Counted from the first letter of the stretch, positions 11,445 to 24,890 are shown. The stretch is DNA of 64,000 bases from Chiloscyllium plagiosum (GCF_004010195.1 NC_057749.1:15565690-15629689); one strand, 5' to 3'. Numbers and translations are program-made. Notes: a model not told the origin generated them from the letters alone.

Positions 11445-12780
11445 GAGGGTAGCTAACATAACCCCGCTATTAAAATACAAAAGAGGTAGAGAGAAAACAA
11501 GGAACTAAAAGATGGGCTTGCCTGACATCAATAATGAAGAAAAATTTAATAGAACATTTGGAAAACAGTGAAAATTTCAGACAGAATTAGCATGGATTCG
11601 CTGCCCTTGCAGAGAAACAGTTAGTGGTTCACGTACCAGCACCCCTCGATTCCTCTGCACCACAACATTCTGAGATTGTGCTCTCCATTTAATTAGTAAA
11701 CTGCTTCTGTATTCTTCCTGCTAGAATGCCCAAGTTCACTGTTTCCCACATAATGCTGTATCTACTGAATACTTTTACTCACATCTTTGACCCATCTGTA
11801 TCACTTTTCAGGCTCTCTATCTCCCCTTGTAACTTACTTTCCTACATGCTCATTAGTAAAATGACTCCACCATATAATTCAGTGCCTTTATCTAAGTCAT
11901 TGACATAGTTTGTAAATAGTTGAGGCTTCAGCACTGATCCCTTATATGTCTCAATTAAGTCACCTCTCAACCTTCTTCTCTCTAATGAAAACTGCCTCAA
12001 GTTCCTCAGTCTTTCCTCATAAGATTTTCCCTTCATCCTGGTAAATCTCCTCTGAACCCTTTCCGAAGCTTCCACATCATTCCTATAATGCGGTGACTAG
12101 AACTGTACACAATACTCCAAGTGAGGCCGCACCAGAGTGTTGTACAGCTGCAGCATGACCTCATGTCCCAAAACTCAATCCCTCTACCAATAAAAGCCAA
12201 CACACCATATGCCTTCTTAACAACCCTATCAATCTGGGTGGCAACTTTCAAGGATCTATGTACATGGATACCGGGATGTCTTTGCTCATCTACACTACCA
12301 AGAATCTTACCATTAACCCAGGACTCTTTATTCCTGTTACTCTTTCCAAAATGAATCACCTCACACTTTTCCGCATCAAACCCCATTTACCACCTCTCAG
12401 CACATCTCTGCAGCTTTTCTATGTCCCTCTGTAACCTACTTTATTCTTTGGCACTATCCACACCTCTGCCTACCTTAGTGTTATCCACAAATTTACTAAC
12501 CCATCCTTCTACACCCTCATCCAGGTCATTTATAAAAATGACAAACAGCAGTGGACCCAAAACAGATCCTTGTGGTACACCACTAATAACTGAACTCCAG
12601 GATGAATATTTCCCATATTGGACAAAAACTGACCCATCTAAAATACTTGAACTATAGTATTTCCAGTCAATATTTGGAAAGTTAAAGACCCCCATCACAA
12701 CTAACCTGTCACTCTAGTTCCTATCGAGAATCATCTTTGCCATCTTTTACGCTACATCTCAGAAACTATTCAGAGGCCAT

Positions 12781-13083
12781 GGAGCAGCACGGTGGCTCAG
12801 TGGTTAGCACTGCTGCCTCACAGCACCAGGGTCCCAGGTTCAATCCCAGCCCTGGGCAGACCGTCTGTATGGAGTTTGCATGTTCTCCCCGTGTCTGCGT
12901 GGGTTTCCTCCCACAGTCCAAAGATGTGCAGGTCAGGTGGATTGGCCATGTTAAATTGCCCATAGTGTTAGGTGCATTAGTCAAGAGGGAAATAGGTCTG
13001 GGTGGGTTACTCTTCGGAGGGTCTGTGTGGACTTGTTGGGCCGAATGGGCCTGTTTCCACATTGTAGGGAATCTAATCTAATC
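12781..13083 (+). mobile_element. V-SINE (HE1-like) nested in CR1 LINE
   Basis: gcacggtggctcagtggttagcactgctgcctcacagc head and (aatct)n tail. Confidence 0.88.
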
Positions 13084-14419
13084 AAAACTCCCAACAGAGA
13101 TTGGGAGGAGCACTATAGACTCAGTCTTACTGGGTCGCCGCCATCTTGGATCCCCCCTCCTTTCCCATTTCTATTCTCAGCCCATATTACCTCAGTAGAC
13201 AAGTCCTCAAATATTCTTTCTGCCACCGTAATACTGTCCTTGACTAACAGTGCCACACCTCCGCATCTTTTACCATTTTCTCTGTTCTTACTGAAAAATC
13301 TAAATCCTGGAACCTGCAACAACCATTCCTGTCCCTGCTCTACCCATCTCTTCGAAATGACCACAACATCGAAATCCCGGGTACCAACCCATGCTACAAG
13401 TTCACCCACCTTAATCTGGATGCTCCTGGCATTGAAGTAGACACACTTCAAACCAATTTCTTTCTTGCTGGTGCCTTCTTGTGACCTTGAAACGTTATTT
13501 CTGACCTCACTACTCTCAACCTCCCGCAAACTCGAACTGTAATTTAGGTTCCCATCATCCTGCTGAATTAGTTTAAATCCACCCAAACAGCATTAGGAAA
13601 TCTCCCCCGCAGGATATTAGTATCTCTCTGGTTCAGGTGTCAACCATCCTGTTTGCAGAGGTCCCACCTTCCCCAGAAAGAGCCCCAATTATCCAGTAAT
13701 CCAAAACCCTCCCTCCTGCATCATCCCTGTGGCCACGTGTTCAACTCTGCTCTCTCCCTATTTCTCGCCTCGCTAGCACATGGCACGGGTAACAAACTAG
13801 AAATAACAACTCTGTTTGTCCTAGCTCTAAGCTTCCACCTTCGGTCCCTGAATTTCTGCCTTAAATCCCATCTCTCTTCCTACCCATGTCGTTTGTGTCT
13901 ATGTGGACCACGACTTGGGGCTGCTCCCCCTCACTGTCAAGGATCCCGAAAACACGATCAGAGAAATCATGAACCCCGACACCTGGGAGGCAACATACCA
14001 ACCGTGAGTCTCCTTCTCATTCCCACAAAACCTCCTGCCTGTCCCCCTAACTATGGAGTCCCCAGTGACTGATTCTCTGTTCCTCTTCCCCTTCCCTTCT
14101 GAGCAACAGGGACAAACTCTGTGCCAGAGACCTGCGCCCCATTGCTTGCCCCAGTAAGTCGAGCCCCCCTCAACAGTATCCAAAAGTGTACACTTATTGT
14201 TGAGGGGAACAGCCACAGGAGATGCCTCATGGTAACCCATCTGCCTTCTTCTTTTGTCCAAGGTGGGACTACCTCTCAGAACTCCTCTCAATAACCCCCT
14301 CCAGTTCCCGAATGATCTGAAGTTCATCCAGCTCCAGCTCCATTTCCCTAATGCGTTTTCAAGGAGCTGGAGTTGGGTGCACTTACCACAGATAAAGTCA
14401 GCAGGGAAACTAGTAGTTT

Positions 14420-14568
14420 TAGATTAGATTAGATTACATTACAGTGTGGAAACAGTCCCTTCGGCCCAACAAGTCCACACAGACCTGCCGAAGCGCAACA
14501 CACCCATACCCCTACATTTACCCCTTACCTAACACTACGGGCAATTTAGCATGGCCAATTCACCTGAC
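14420..14568 (-). mobile_element. 3' fragment of V-SINE inserted in CR1 ORF1
   Basis: (ttaga)n tail plus SINE 3' half matching 56898-57060. Confidence 0.8.
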
Positions 14569-15055
14569 CCCACCTCCCAAATGATCCAAAGTTCATCCAA
14601 CTCCAGCTCCAGCTCCCTAACATGGTTTTCGAAGAGCTGAAGTTGGGTGCACTTCCCACTGATGCAGTCAGCAGGGAAACTAGTGGTGACCTTTATCTCC
14701 CACATTCTGCAGGAGGAACATTCGATTGCCCTAACGTCTACTCCCACTGTTATAAATTCCCAATGAGGCTACTGATAAACTAAAATTTTGGTTAGAGGAG
14801 GATGGGTGGGAGACACTACCCAAGGAGTGTTTCGGGTAAAGCCCAAATATAAAGCCTTACTTACCCAGCAATCCCATGTCCGCTCCTGCTCAGTGTGTGC
14901 TCCGCCGATACACAACTTTATATACTTTAAACTTACTTCCCACTCCAACAGCTGCCAATAAAATGAAAAACACTGAACTCCCAAGGTAAGTTTTTATATT
15001 TTAAAGTTACCTTCCCGTCTGGCTTCTGGTCCTTGCTGTCGCTCTTCCTACCCGC

Positions 15056-18000
15056 AGAGTCATAGAGACGTGCAGCATTGAAACAGACCCTTCGGTCCAA
15101 CTCGTCCAACTATGCCGACCAGATATCCCAACCCAATCTAGTCCCACCTGCCAGCACCCGGCCCATATCCCTCCAAACCCTTCCTATTCATATACCCATC
15201 CAGATACCTTTTAAATGTTGCAATTGTACCAGCCTCCACCACTGCCTCTGGCAGCTCATTTCACATACATATCACCCTCTGCATGAAAATATTGCCCCTT
15301 AGGTCTCTTTTATATCTTTCCCCTCTCACTCTAAATTTATGCTCTCTAGTTCTGGACTCCCCCACCCCAGGGAAAAGATTTTGTCTATTTATCCTATCCA
15401 TGCCCCTCATGATCTTATAAACCTCTATAAGGTCACCCCTCAGCCTTCGACGCTCTGGAACAGCCTCACCCTGTTCAACCTTTCCCTATAGCTCAAATCC
15501 TCCAATCCTGGCAACATCCTTGTAAATCTTGTCTGAGCCCTTTCAAGTTTCACAACACTCTTCTAATAGGAAGAAGACCAGAATTGGACACAATATTCCA
15601 ACAGTGGTCTAACTAACGTCCTGTACAGTCGTAACATGACCTCCCAACTCTTGTAATCAACACTCTGACCTATAAAGGAAAGCATACCAAATGCCTTCTT
15701 CACTATCCTATCTACTTGCAACTCCACTTTCAAGGAGCTATGAACCTGCACTCCAAGGTCTCTTTGTTCAGCAACACTCCCTAAGACCTTACCATTAAGT
15801 GTATAAGTCCTGCTAAGATTTGCTTTCCCAAAATGCAGCACCTCGCATTTATCTAAATTAAACTCCATCTGCCACACCTCAGTCTATTGGCCCATCTGAT
15901 CTTGATTCTGTTGTAATCTGAGGTAACCTTCTTCGCTGTCCACTACATCTCCAATTTTGGTGTCATCTGCAAACTCACTAACTGTACCTCTTATGCTCGC
16001 ATCCAAATCATTTATGTAAATGACAAAAAGTAGTGGACCCAGCACTGACCCTTGCGGCACTCCACTGGTTACAGGCCTCCAGTCTGAAAAACAACCCTCC
16101 ACCACCACCCACTGTCTTCTACCTTTGAGCCAGTTCTGTATCCAAATGGCTAGTTCTCCCTGTATTCCATGAGATCTAACCTTGTTAACCAATCTCCCAT
16201 GGGGAACCTTGTCGAACGCCTTACTGAGGTCCATATGGATCACATCTACCATTCTGCCCTCATCAACCTTCTTTGTTACTTCTTCAAAACATTCAATCGA
16301 GTTTGTGAGACATGATTTCCCATGCACAAAGCCATGTTGACTATCCCTAATCAGTCCTTGCCTTTCCAAATACATGTACATCCTGTCCCTCAGGATTCCC
16401 TCCAACAACTTGCCCACCACTGAGGTCAGGCTCACTGGTCTATAGTTCCCTGGCTTGTCCTTACCACCTTTCTTAAACAGTGGCACCACGTTTGCCAACC
16501 TCAAGTCTTCCGACAGCTCACCTGTGACTATCGATTAGATAAATATCTCAGCAAGGGACCCGGCAATCACTTCCCTAGCTTCCCACAGAATTCTAGGGTA
16601 CACCTGATCAGGTCCTGGGGATTTATCTACTTTTATGTGCTTCAAGACATCCAGCACTTCCTCCTCTGTAACATAGACATTTTTCAAGATGTCACCATCT
16701 ATTTCCCTACAGTCTATATCTTCCATATCCTTTTCCACAGTAAATACTGATCCAAAATACTCGTTTATTATCTCCCCAATCTCCTGCAGCTTCACACAAA
16801 GGCCGTCTTGATGATCTTTGAGGAGCCCTATTCTCTCCCCTAGTTACCCTTTTGTCCTTAATGTATTTGTTTAAACCCTTTGGATTATCCTTAACCCTAT
16901 TTGCCAAAGCTATCTCATGTGCTCGTTTTGCCCTCCTGATTTCCCTCTTAAGTATACTCCTACTTCCTTTATACTCTTCTAAGGATTCACTCAATCTATC
17001 CTGTCTATACCTGACATATGCTTCCTTCTTTTTCTTACTAAACCCTCAACGTCTCTCGTCATCCAACATTCCCTACACCTACCAGCCTTTCCTTTCACCC
17101 TGACAGGAATATACTGTCTCTGGACTCTAGTCATCTCATTTCTGAAGGCGTCCCATTTTCCAGCCATCTCTTTACCTGCAAACATCTGTCTCCAATCAGC
17201 TTTCGGAGAGTTCTTGCCTGATATCATGAAAATTAGTCTTCCTCCAAGTTAGAACTTCAACTTTTAGATCTGGTTTATCCTTTTCTATCACTATTTGAAA
17301 ACTAATAGAATTATGGTCGCTGGCCCCAAAGTGCCCCCCCCCCACTGAAATCTCAGACACCTGACCTGACTTATTTCCCAAGAGTAGGTCATGTTTTGCA
17401 CTTTCTCTAGTAGGTACATCCACATACTGAATCAGAAAATTTTCTTGTACATATTTAACAAATTCCTCTCCATCTAAACCCTTAACACTATGGCAGTCCC
17501 AGTCTTTGTTTGGATGTAAGATGATAATCCCTTTCTTATTTCTCAGTTCCACCCAAATAACTTCCCTGGATGTATTTCCGGGAATAGCCTCCCTCAGCAC
17601 AGCTGTAATGCTATCCCTTATCAAAAATGCCACTCCCCCTCCTCTCTTGCCTCCCTTTCTGTCCTTCCTGTAGCATTTGTATCCTGGAACATTAAGCTGC
17701 CAGTCCTGTCCATCTCTAAGCCACGTTTCTGTAATTGCTGTGATATTCCAGTCCCATGTTCCACCTTACTAGTTTAAATCCTCCTGAGCAGCTGTAGCAA
17801 ATCTCCCTGCCAGTATATTAGTCCCCTTCCAATCTAGGTGCAACCCGTCCTTCTTGTACAGTTCACTTCTACCCCAGAAGAGATTCCAATGATCCAAAAA
17901 CGTGAATCCTTCTCGAATACACCAGCTCCTCAGCCTTGCATTCATCTGCTTTGCCCTCCTATTCCTACCTCATTAGCTCGTAGCACCGGGAGTAATCCAG

Positions 18001-19305
18001 ATATTACTACTCTCGACAACCTCCTTTTTAAATTCCTGCCTAACTCTCTGTAGTCTCCCTTCAGAATCTCATCCTTTTCCCTTCCTATGTCATTAATTCC
18101 AAAGTGTACAATGACCTCCTGCTGGGTCTTCTCCCATTTAAAAACATTCTGCACCCTCTCTGAGACATCCTTGATCCTGGCACCAGGGAGGCAACACACC
18201 GTTCTGATTGTTCATGCTGGCCACAGAAACGTCTGTCTGTGCCTCGGACTAGAGAGTCCTCTAACACAACCGACCTCTTGGAACCCAACGTACCCCTCAT
18301 TACATTAGAGTCTGTCTTGATACCAGAAACTTGGCTGTTTGTGTTACTTTCCCCTGAAAATCCATCACCCCCTACTTTTTCCAAAACAGCATACTTGTTT
18401 GAAATGGGGATTAGCCACAGAAGATTCCCGCACTTCCTGCCTACTTTTCTGGAGTTAACCCATCCACGTGACTTTATCTGCGGCTTTTCTTCCTTCCTAT
18501 AACTGCCATCCATCACGTCCCTTTGCTGTTGTAAATTCCTCATTGCCTCTAATTGCCTCTCCAACCGATCCATTTGATCTGCTAGGATTCGCAACCAACA
18601 GCATTATTGCAGATATAATCCTCAGTAAACTGTCCCTAAACTCCCACATCCAACAAGAAGTGCATATCACTCTACTAAGGGCCATTTTTGCTTCTTCCAA
18701 CCTGCAGACCCAGAAAATATCACCATCTTATTCCTCCACAAAAAAACTGTTCCAGGCTAATTTGATACTTATGGCTTATATTTTTAAGTTTAATCAAGAG
18801 ACATATCTCAATAAAACATATAATCAAGAAAGAACCACTCTACTCACGACTGCAGACTTACAGCAAGGCCAACTTAAAGCTATTCAAGTTATCTGCTTCT
18901 GTGCTGTGACCTTTCCCAAACAGGTTTCTCCAAGATCAGTAGTGAATTTCACTGTTGGTTAATTTTCTCGGACGTACTCAAACGTCCAGCGATACATGAA
19001 TTCAAACAGCAAAGGCATTAACTGCACAGGTTCACTGCTGTGTCAATTAGCAGTGTGGGTTTCTTTCTCTCTCTCTTTCTCTTGCACAGACCTGACCATG
19101 TGTTTCCTTTGTCTGTTCCTCTCCCTTTTGAAAATGCCGTTTTTTTCTCTCCAAAGTTCCAAAACAATGCAACAGCATATAAAACAGTCATTTCTGCTCC
19201 TGGAATTCGAGGAAATCACCTCCAACACCTAAAATACCTCAAAAAAGGAACTGCCTGTTACAGCCAGAAATCTTTCCTGTCCTCCATCTTGGATTACCCA
19301 GAATC
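15056..19305 (-). mobile_element. Near full-length decayed CR1-clade LINE (HER1-like): 5' UTR, ORF1 zinc finger + esterase, ORF2 APE-RT, 3' tail
   Basis: 18497-18700 CTSCWMW; 18085-18594 EDSLVRGTDRRFCG; 17942-18199 CCLPGA..VHFGINDI; 17196-17633 APE DLLL..SDH; 15884-16504 RT NYRPVSLTS, QHGF, DLSKAFD, QGSVLGP, FADD. Multiple stops and frameshifts. Confidence 0.95.
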
Positions 19306-20139
19306 CATCTCCAACTGCTGCTGAAAAAAATGAAGCTCAATGAAAGACTACCATTGCATCTCTACTGTCGTATATTTCAACCTAGTTTCCCAGCTCACTC
19401 TAGCTAACCCTGTTTAAAAGAATATAAAATCCTTATTGTTTCCCTTTAAATTGAAAATGAAACTGTATCATGTTGTGATTACTGTCATCTAAAGGCTTCT
19501 TTAGAATGATCATTGATTCAGCCTGTCTCATTGCTCATTATAAGATCCAGGATAGCTTGCTCCTAAGTTGGGTCTAGGACATATTGTTCTGAGAAATTGT
19601 CCTGGATATACTCTATGAATGCAGTTTTGAGGCTAGCCTTGCTGACTTCATTTGTCCAGTTTACATGTAGATTAAAGTCGCCCATGGTTATTGTGGTAAA
19701 CCTTTCTTGCAATTCCCATTGAGAGGGGATATGTAAATGCAAATTGTTTCTGAGACACTTATACCCTGAACGAGAGACAATATGATAAAATTCAATCATC
19801 ATAAAAAGAGGCATTAGTGCCAAGTCCATTGTTACATTAAGTCCTGATTTGTGAAAATTGCTAAGTTTCATCCTTAACTATCATGCCACATCCCAAGGTA
19901 AGCGAAGGAAACACATCCTTCTTTAAATTGGAGTTCGGTCTATAGTTTGCTGTACAATGTGTCTGTTTCAACTACTGCCCACTGCCATGTTATTTCCATG
20001 CCATAACTGTATTTGAACATAAACTGCCATGAAAATACTTGGCCTAGTTGATTAAACATCCTCCAGCACTCAAGAAATGTGACACAATCTGGGACACAAC
20101 AGTCTACTTGATCAACAACCCATTGTCACTAAATACCAG

Positions 20140-20982
20140 ACTAATGCCATTTACAAATTCGCTGATGACACCACATAGTCGATCAAATCTAAGATGGCAA
20201 TGAAACAGACTACAGACAGGAGGTGGAAGACCTGGAAAAATGGTGCACTGAGAACAACCCAGCTCTCAATGCCGGCAAAACCAAGGAACTCTTTATTGAC
20301 TTTTGGTGGGATGTTACTCATGTCCCCCTACACATTAACAGTACAGAGGTGGAACAAATGGAGGAAGCTCCTGGGAGTGGTCATCCACAACAAGCTTTCT
20401 TGGATTCTTCATGTGGACGCACTGGTTACAAAGGCTCAGCAATGTCTCTTCTTCCTCAGACAGCTGAGGAAATTTGGCATGGCATGGTGGCGAATACCCT
20501 TGCCAACTGTTACAGGTGCACCATCGAGAGCATTCTGTCTGGATGTATCACTACCTGGTATGGCAACTGCATCATTCAAGATCGGATGCAGTTACAGAGA
20601 GTGGTGAATCCGGCCCGGACAATCACAAAGGCCAACCTCCCATCTATAGAATCCATTTACCAGACCCTCTGTCAAGGAAAGAACGCCAGCATTCTCAAAG
20701 ATCCATCCCACTCTGGCAATGCTTTTCTACAACCTCTACCATCGGGGAGAAGCTTGAACACACGCACCAGCCGGTTTCGAAACTGTTTCTATCCTAGTGT
20801 TGTTAGAATACTGAATGGACTCACAAACTCTTAACATTCGCCTGTACCTGTGTTTTTGTTTTTGCCGCTGTTTACCTATTATTTACTATCTACGCTACTT
20901 AACTCTGTGAACTGCCTGTATTGCTCGCAAGACAAAGCGTTTCATTGTGCCTCGGTACATGTGACAATAAATTCAATTCAAT
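20140..20982 (+). mobile_element. Rex1/Babar-like non-LTR retrotransposon 3' part
   Basis: KFADDT, LNAGKTKEL, AQQCLFFLRQLRKFG, YRCTIESILSGCITTWYGN, RTSRFRNCFYP; AATAAA followed by (attca)n tail. Confidence 0.82.
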
Positions 20983-21519
20983 CCAGGAGATTCAATAACC
21001 ATCGCTCCACCGTGGTTACTGTATGCACCATCTATAAGGTGTGCTGCAGCAACTCATCTAAGCTGCTTCAACAGCAGCTCACAAAACTTTGACCACTGGT
21101 TCCTAGATGCATGGAACCCTGTCACTTTCAAGGTCTGTTTCAAGTCACACTCTGTGATGACTTGTAATTATGCACAAGAACATGTATCACAGCCACTGAG
21201 TTAAAATCATAGAACTCCCTCCATAACAACATTCATGTGTTAATATCTTGTCAATTGCATTGTTAATGTTGATTAATGCAATTATTAAGATTGAGAGAAA
21301 CAGGTAACAAATGTTAATTGTCTTTGAGTGCATATAAATAAGAAATATCTGTAAGACTGGCTGTGAGACGGAACAAATCAATAAACTCTCTCCACAGTAA
21401 TGCTGTGTATCTTGGTTTCTATCTCATCTGACTTGGATGATGCAGTTCAAGTAGGTTGATGACCTCTATTATCTCAAAGGCACTTAGGAAAAGATCCATA
21501 AATGTTGGCTTTCCTCTTC

Positions 21520-22062
21520 TTCTTTAGGAGGAGTGGGGAATTTGGCACTCTCACCAATGTTTACAGATGCATCGCAGAAAGCATTCTATCTGGGTTCATA
21601 ATGACCTGATATGGCAACTATTCTGCCTATGACCGTGAGAAACTACAGAAGGTTGTGTGCACAGCCCAGACCATCACAGAAGCCAATGTCACATCCATCT
21701 ACACTTCTTGTTGTCACAGAAAGGCTGCCAACATCATCAAAGACCCTTCTCACCCCGGTAATGCTCTCTTCCAACCTCTTCTGTTAGGCAGAAAATATGG
21801 AAGCTTGTAAATATGCACCAACAGATTCAAGAACAGCTTCTTCCCTGTTGTGATTAGACTGATGAATGGACTCTCTAATTTCAAGCCTAATTTGATGTTG
21901 CTTTGTGTACCACCTTTGTAGCCATAACCCTGTATCCTTTGCTCTGTCTACGTGCCCTATGATTTGTACATCCTTTTTCACTATGATCTGCCTATACTGC
22001 TCGTAAAACAAAACTCTTCACTCTACTTAGGTACACATGACAACAATAAATCAAATCAAACC
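21520..22062 (+). mobile_element. Older Rex1-like LINE 3' fragment
   Basis: Homologous to 20460-20980 (YRCIAESILSG; atcaaagacccttctcaccccggtaatgc); aataaatcaaatcaaa tail. Confidence 0.72.
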
Positions 22063-22120
22063 AAAGACTACCAAGTCACCAAAATTAATTTTAAAATATA
22101 ATAGCATTGTCTAATAATAG

Positions 22121-22380
22121 GGGCGGCATCGTGGCTCAGTGGTTAGCACTGCTGCCTCACAGCACCAGGGACCCGGGTTCGATTCCATCCTTGGGTGACT
22201 GTCTGTGTGGAGTTTGTACATTCTCCAACAGTCCACAGACGTGCTGGTTAGGTGGATTGGCCAGCGGAAATGCAGGGTCACAGTGACATGGTAAGGGGGT
22301 GGGTCTGGGTGAGATATTCTTAGAGCGTCAGTGTGGACTTGATGGACCAAATGACCTGCTTCCTCACTGTAGGGATCCTG
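22121..22380 (+). mobile_element. V-SINE (HE1-like), internally deleted
   Basis: Intact tRNA-like head with B box gggttcgattcc. Confidence 0.85.
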
Positions 22381-22396
22381 TGAATAGTACTTCATT

Positions 22397-22703
22397 GGGC
22401 GGCATGGTGGCTCAGTGGTTAGCACTGCTGCCTCACAGCGCCAGAGTCCCGGGTTCAAATCCCGCCTCAGGCAACTGTCTGTGTGGAGTTTGCACATTCT
22501 CTCCATGTCTGCGTGGGTTTTCTCAGGGTGCTCCGGTTTCCTCCCACAGTCCAAAGATGTGCAGGTCAGGTGAATTGGCCACGCTAAATTGCCTGTAGTG
22601 TTAGGTGTAGGGGAATGGGTCTGGGTGGGTTGCTCTTCGGAGGGTCGGTGTGGACTTGTTGGCCGAAGGGCCTGTTTCCACACTGTGCGTAATCTAATCT
22701 AAT
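22397..22703 (+). mobile_element. V-SINE (HE1-like), full length, tandem with previous copy
   Basis: Head, V-domain and (aatct)n tail. Confidence 0.9.
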
Positions 22704-23289
22704 TACTAGTGGCTTCCACTCAACTTTACCTTTCTTGTACCTGCAAAAGAATAGTCAAACACTCCCAAAACAAGCTCTTTAAACTTGGCACATTTAGTGC
22801 AAAGTAAATTGAAGAGAAATGGCAAACTTGTTGCTTAAAATCCGACCAAAGCACTTGTGAAAAATGGTGGGATTTCTACAATTCTTTGCTGCGACAAATC
22901 CATCCATCCAGCAATCCTTTATGGACAATTCAATGTGCATTCAACTGCAAATGATGCATTGTTTCTGTTGAAATCGATATCAAAGTGGAGAGAACATTAA
23001 ATTGTTGCTGATATATGTTAATGTATCATGAAATTATTTGGCTACTTGACCACACTGCCTTTGGCTTCTGTTCATTTTGTGAATATTTCAGAGTAATCAA
23101 TCCACATTTTAACCTGTATCATTTAAATATATATTAAAATGCTTACCTCTGCACAGGCATGCTGCTTATACAATTTATTTCTGTCGCGTCACCTTTCTGC
23201 ACACTTTCAGTGACAAATTGCTATGTCCACGACAATTGCTAGTCAATAACTCTTGCTGCAACTTACTAAGATGCCTATTGAGGGAAAGT

Positions 23290-23575
23290 AGGCTCAGGGG
23301 AGGTGGCGGCATAGAAACAACTTCATCAGGCGCGTAATCCAGAACACCCAGGTTAATGTTCTGGGGACACAGGTTCAAATCCATCTTGGCAGATGATGGA
23401 ATTTGAATTCAATTAAAAAAAATGTGATTTTTATTGTTTGAAAACTGGCTTGATGCCAACCCAAATATGATTTGAGAGCCACAGAAATATGGTTTAATCT
23501 TAACTACTCTCTTGGCAATTCAGGACAGACAACAGTGTAGTCCTATCCAGTGATGCTCACATCCAGTAAATTCAA
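23290..23575 (+). mobile_element. Older tRNA-derived SINE of a second family
   Basis: ggttcaaatcc B-box-like; similar to 32270-32570 and 38710-38978, and to the latter's 3' end. Confidence 0.55.
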
Positions 23576-24890
23576 AAGGTATGTTTTTCCTTCCATTGTC
23601 AAACAGCTTGTCAGCACACCACTGCTGTAATAAAACTCCACAATGATGAAACAGTGGGACTCTACAATCTGTAAGGATCAAACTTAATTAACCTAAAGGC
23701 TGCCATTTCATAACCTTATGTGATAAGAAAATTGCAGGGAGCAAGTCCTGTGTTTAAAATCCACCTACTATCTTGTTGTGAAGATACATTATCCTGAAAT
23801 ATAAATTTAGAACATGTTTGATTGGATATTTATCTACATCTGGAACTATTTTGGAAGGAACACTTTGCAAAGCAATGGGACCTGGCTACAGCAGAGAAAA
23901 ATGTTGCATTTGGAAGAAACAAGCTGTTTGACTGTAGCCACTGAGTCAACAATACTTTCAGAGAGTGAGGTCACATGAGGTCATTTGTGGGCATGATAAA
24001 ACTAATAAATTTGAACACTATCAGTCAGAGAGGTAACTTCCTGGAACAACATCTTTTGTCCTACACTGAAATTCCATTCGTCAAAGTATCTGAATTGAAA
24101 ATTCACCAGAAGGCCTCATCACTGCAGATGGAGATTTCTTAAGGGAGATTTCCAAATCAACTCTATTGACTCCAGATTGAAGGAATTCAGCCGGCCTAAA
24201 ATACCTCAAAAAAAGACCCGCTCTTACCGCCACAACTTTTACCCATCTTCCACCTTGGATTATCCAGAATCTCCCATACCTGACCCAGGAAGAAACCTCA
24301 ATGCTAGCAATTTGACTGAAAAGTTTACTTCAACTGCAAACCAACATTTGGGACAAGCTTTGAATAATTCTTTATTTCTGAATTCAACTGCCAATGGAGC
24401 CAAATTACTCTTACAAAACAGTCTGCTGACTGTTTTCTCAAACAGAAAAAAATTGCATTTTTTATTGAATTCAAATTCCATCATCTGCCAAGGTGGATTT
24501 GAACCTGTGTCCCCAGAACATTAACCTGGGTGTCCTGGATTACATGCCCAATGAAGTTGTTTTTCTATTTTATTCCGCCAGATAAAAATTAATCTGGAGT
24601 CTGATATATTTAAAAAGGTGGTGATATCACATCCCTTTCTAAATTCAATGTTGTGATCAGCAGAGAAGTGGGACAAGGAAATCAATCAGTTCAATCTTCC
24701 TAATTTAGTCAGAACGCTCTGTGCATGTTTTGAATTGCAGGTGGGTGTCGAATATTTCAATAATGGAAATGTTATAATATTTTGAAGATTTGTTTTGGCT
24801 CCTCAGCTAGTTCTCTCTAGGATAAGGTTCCACCTGGCTGTGTATCTGAAATGTAACCTTTTTTCCTGTTTAGGCACTGACTGAGACTTA

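Larger units (their letters stand above)
11940..15055 (-). mobile_element. Long, internally deleted CR1-clade LINE with ORF1 (zinc finger/leucine zipper + SGNH esterase) and ORF2 (APE, RT) remnants, interrupted by SINEs
   Basis: 14535-14747 CSSCRMW..C..C..ELELELDEL; 13899-14327 VTGDSIVRGTGRRFCG; 13113-13586 LKCVYFNARSI..GGVALLVKD (APE); 12441-12698 joins the APE [10 protein letters not shown] motif directly to the RT motif [11 protein letters not shown]. Confidence 0.9.

Noticed and set aside
22397..22470. tRNA-like sequences at SINE heads
   Set aside because: A/B boxes continue directly into the SINE V-domain; not tRNA genes.
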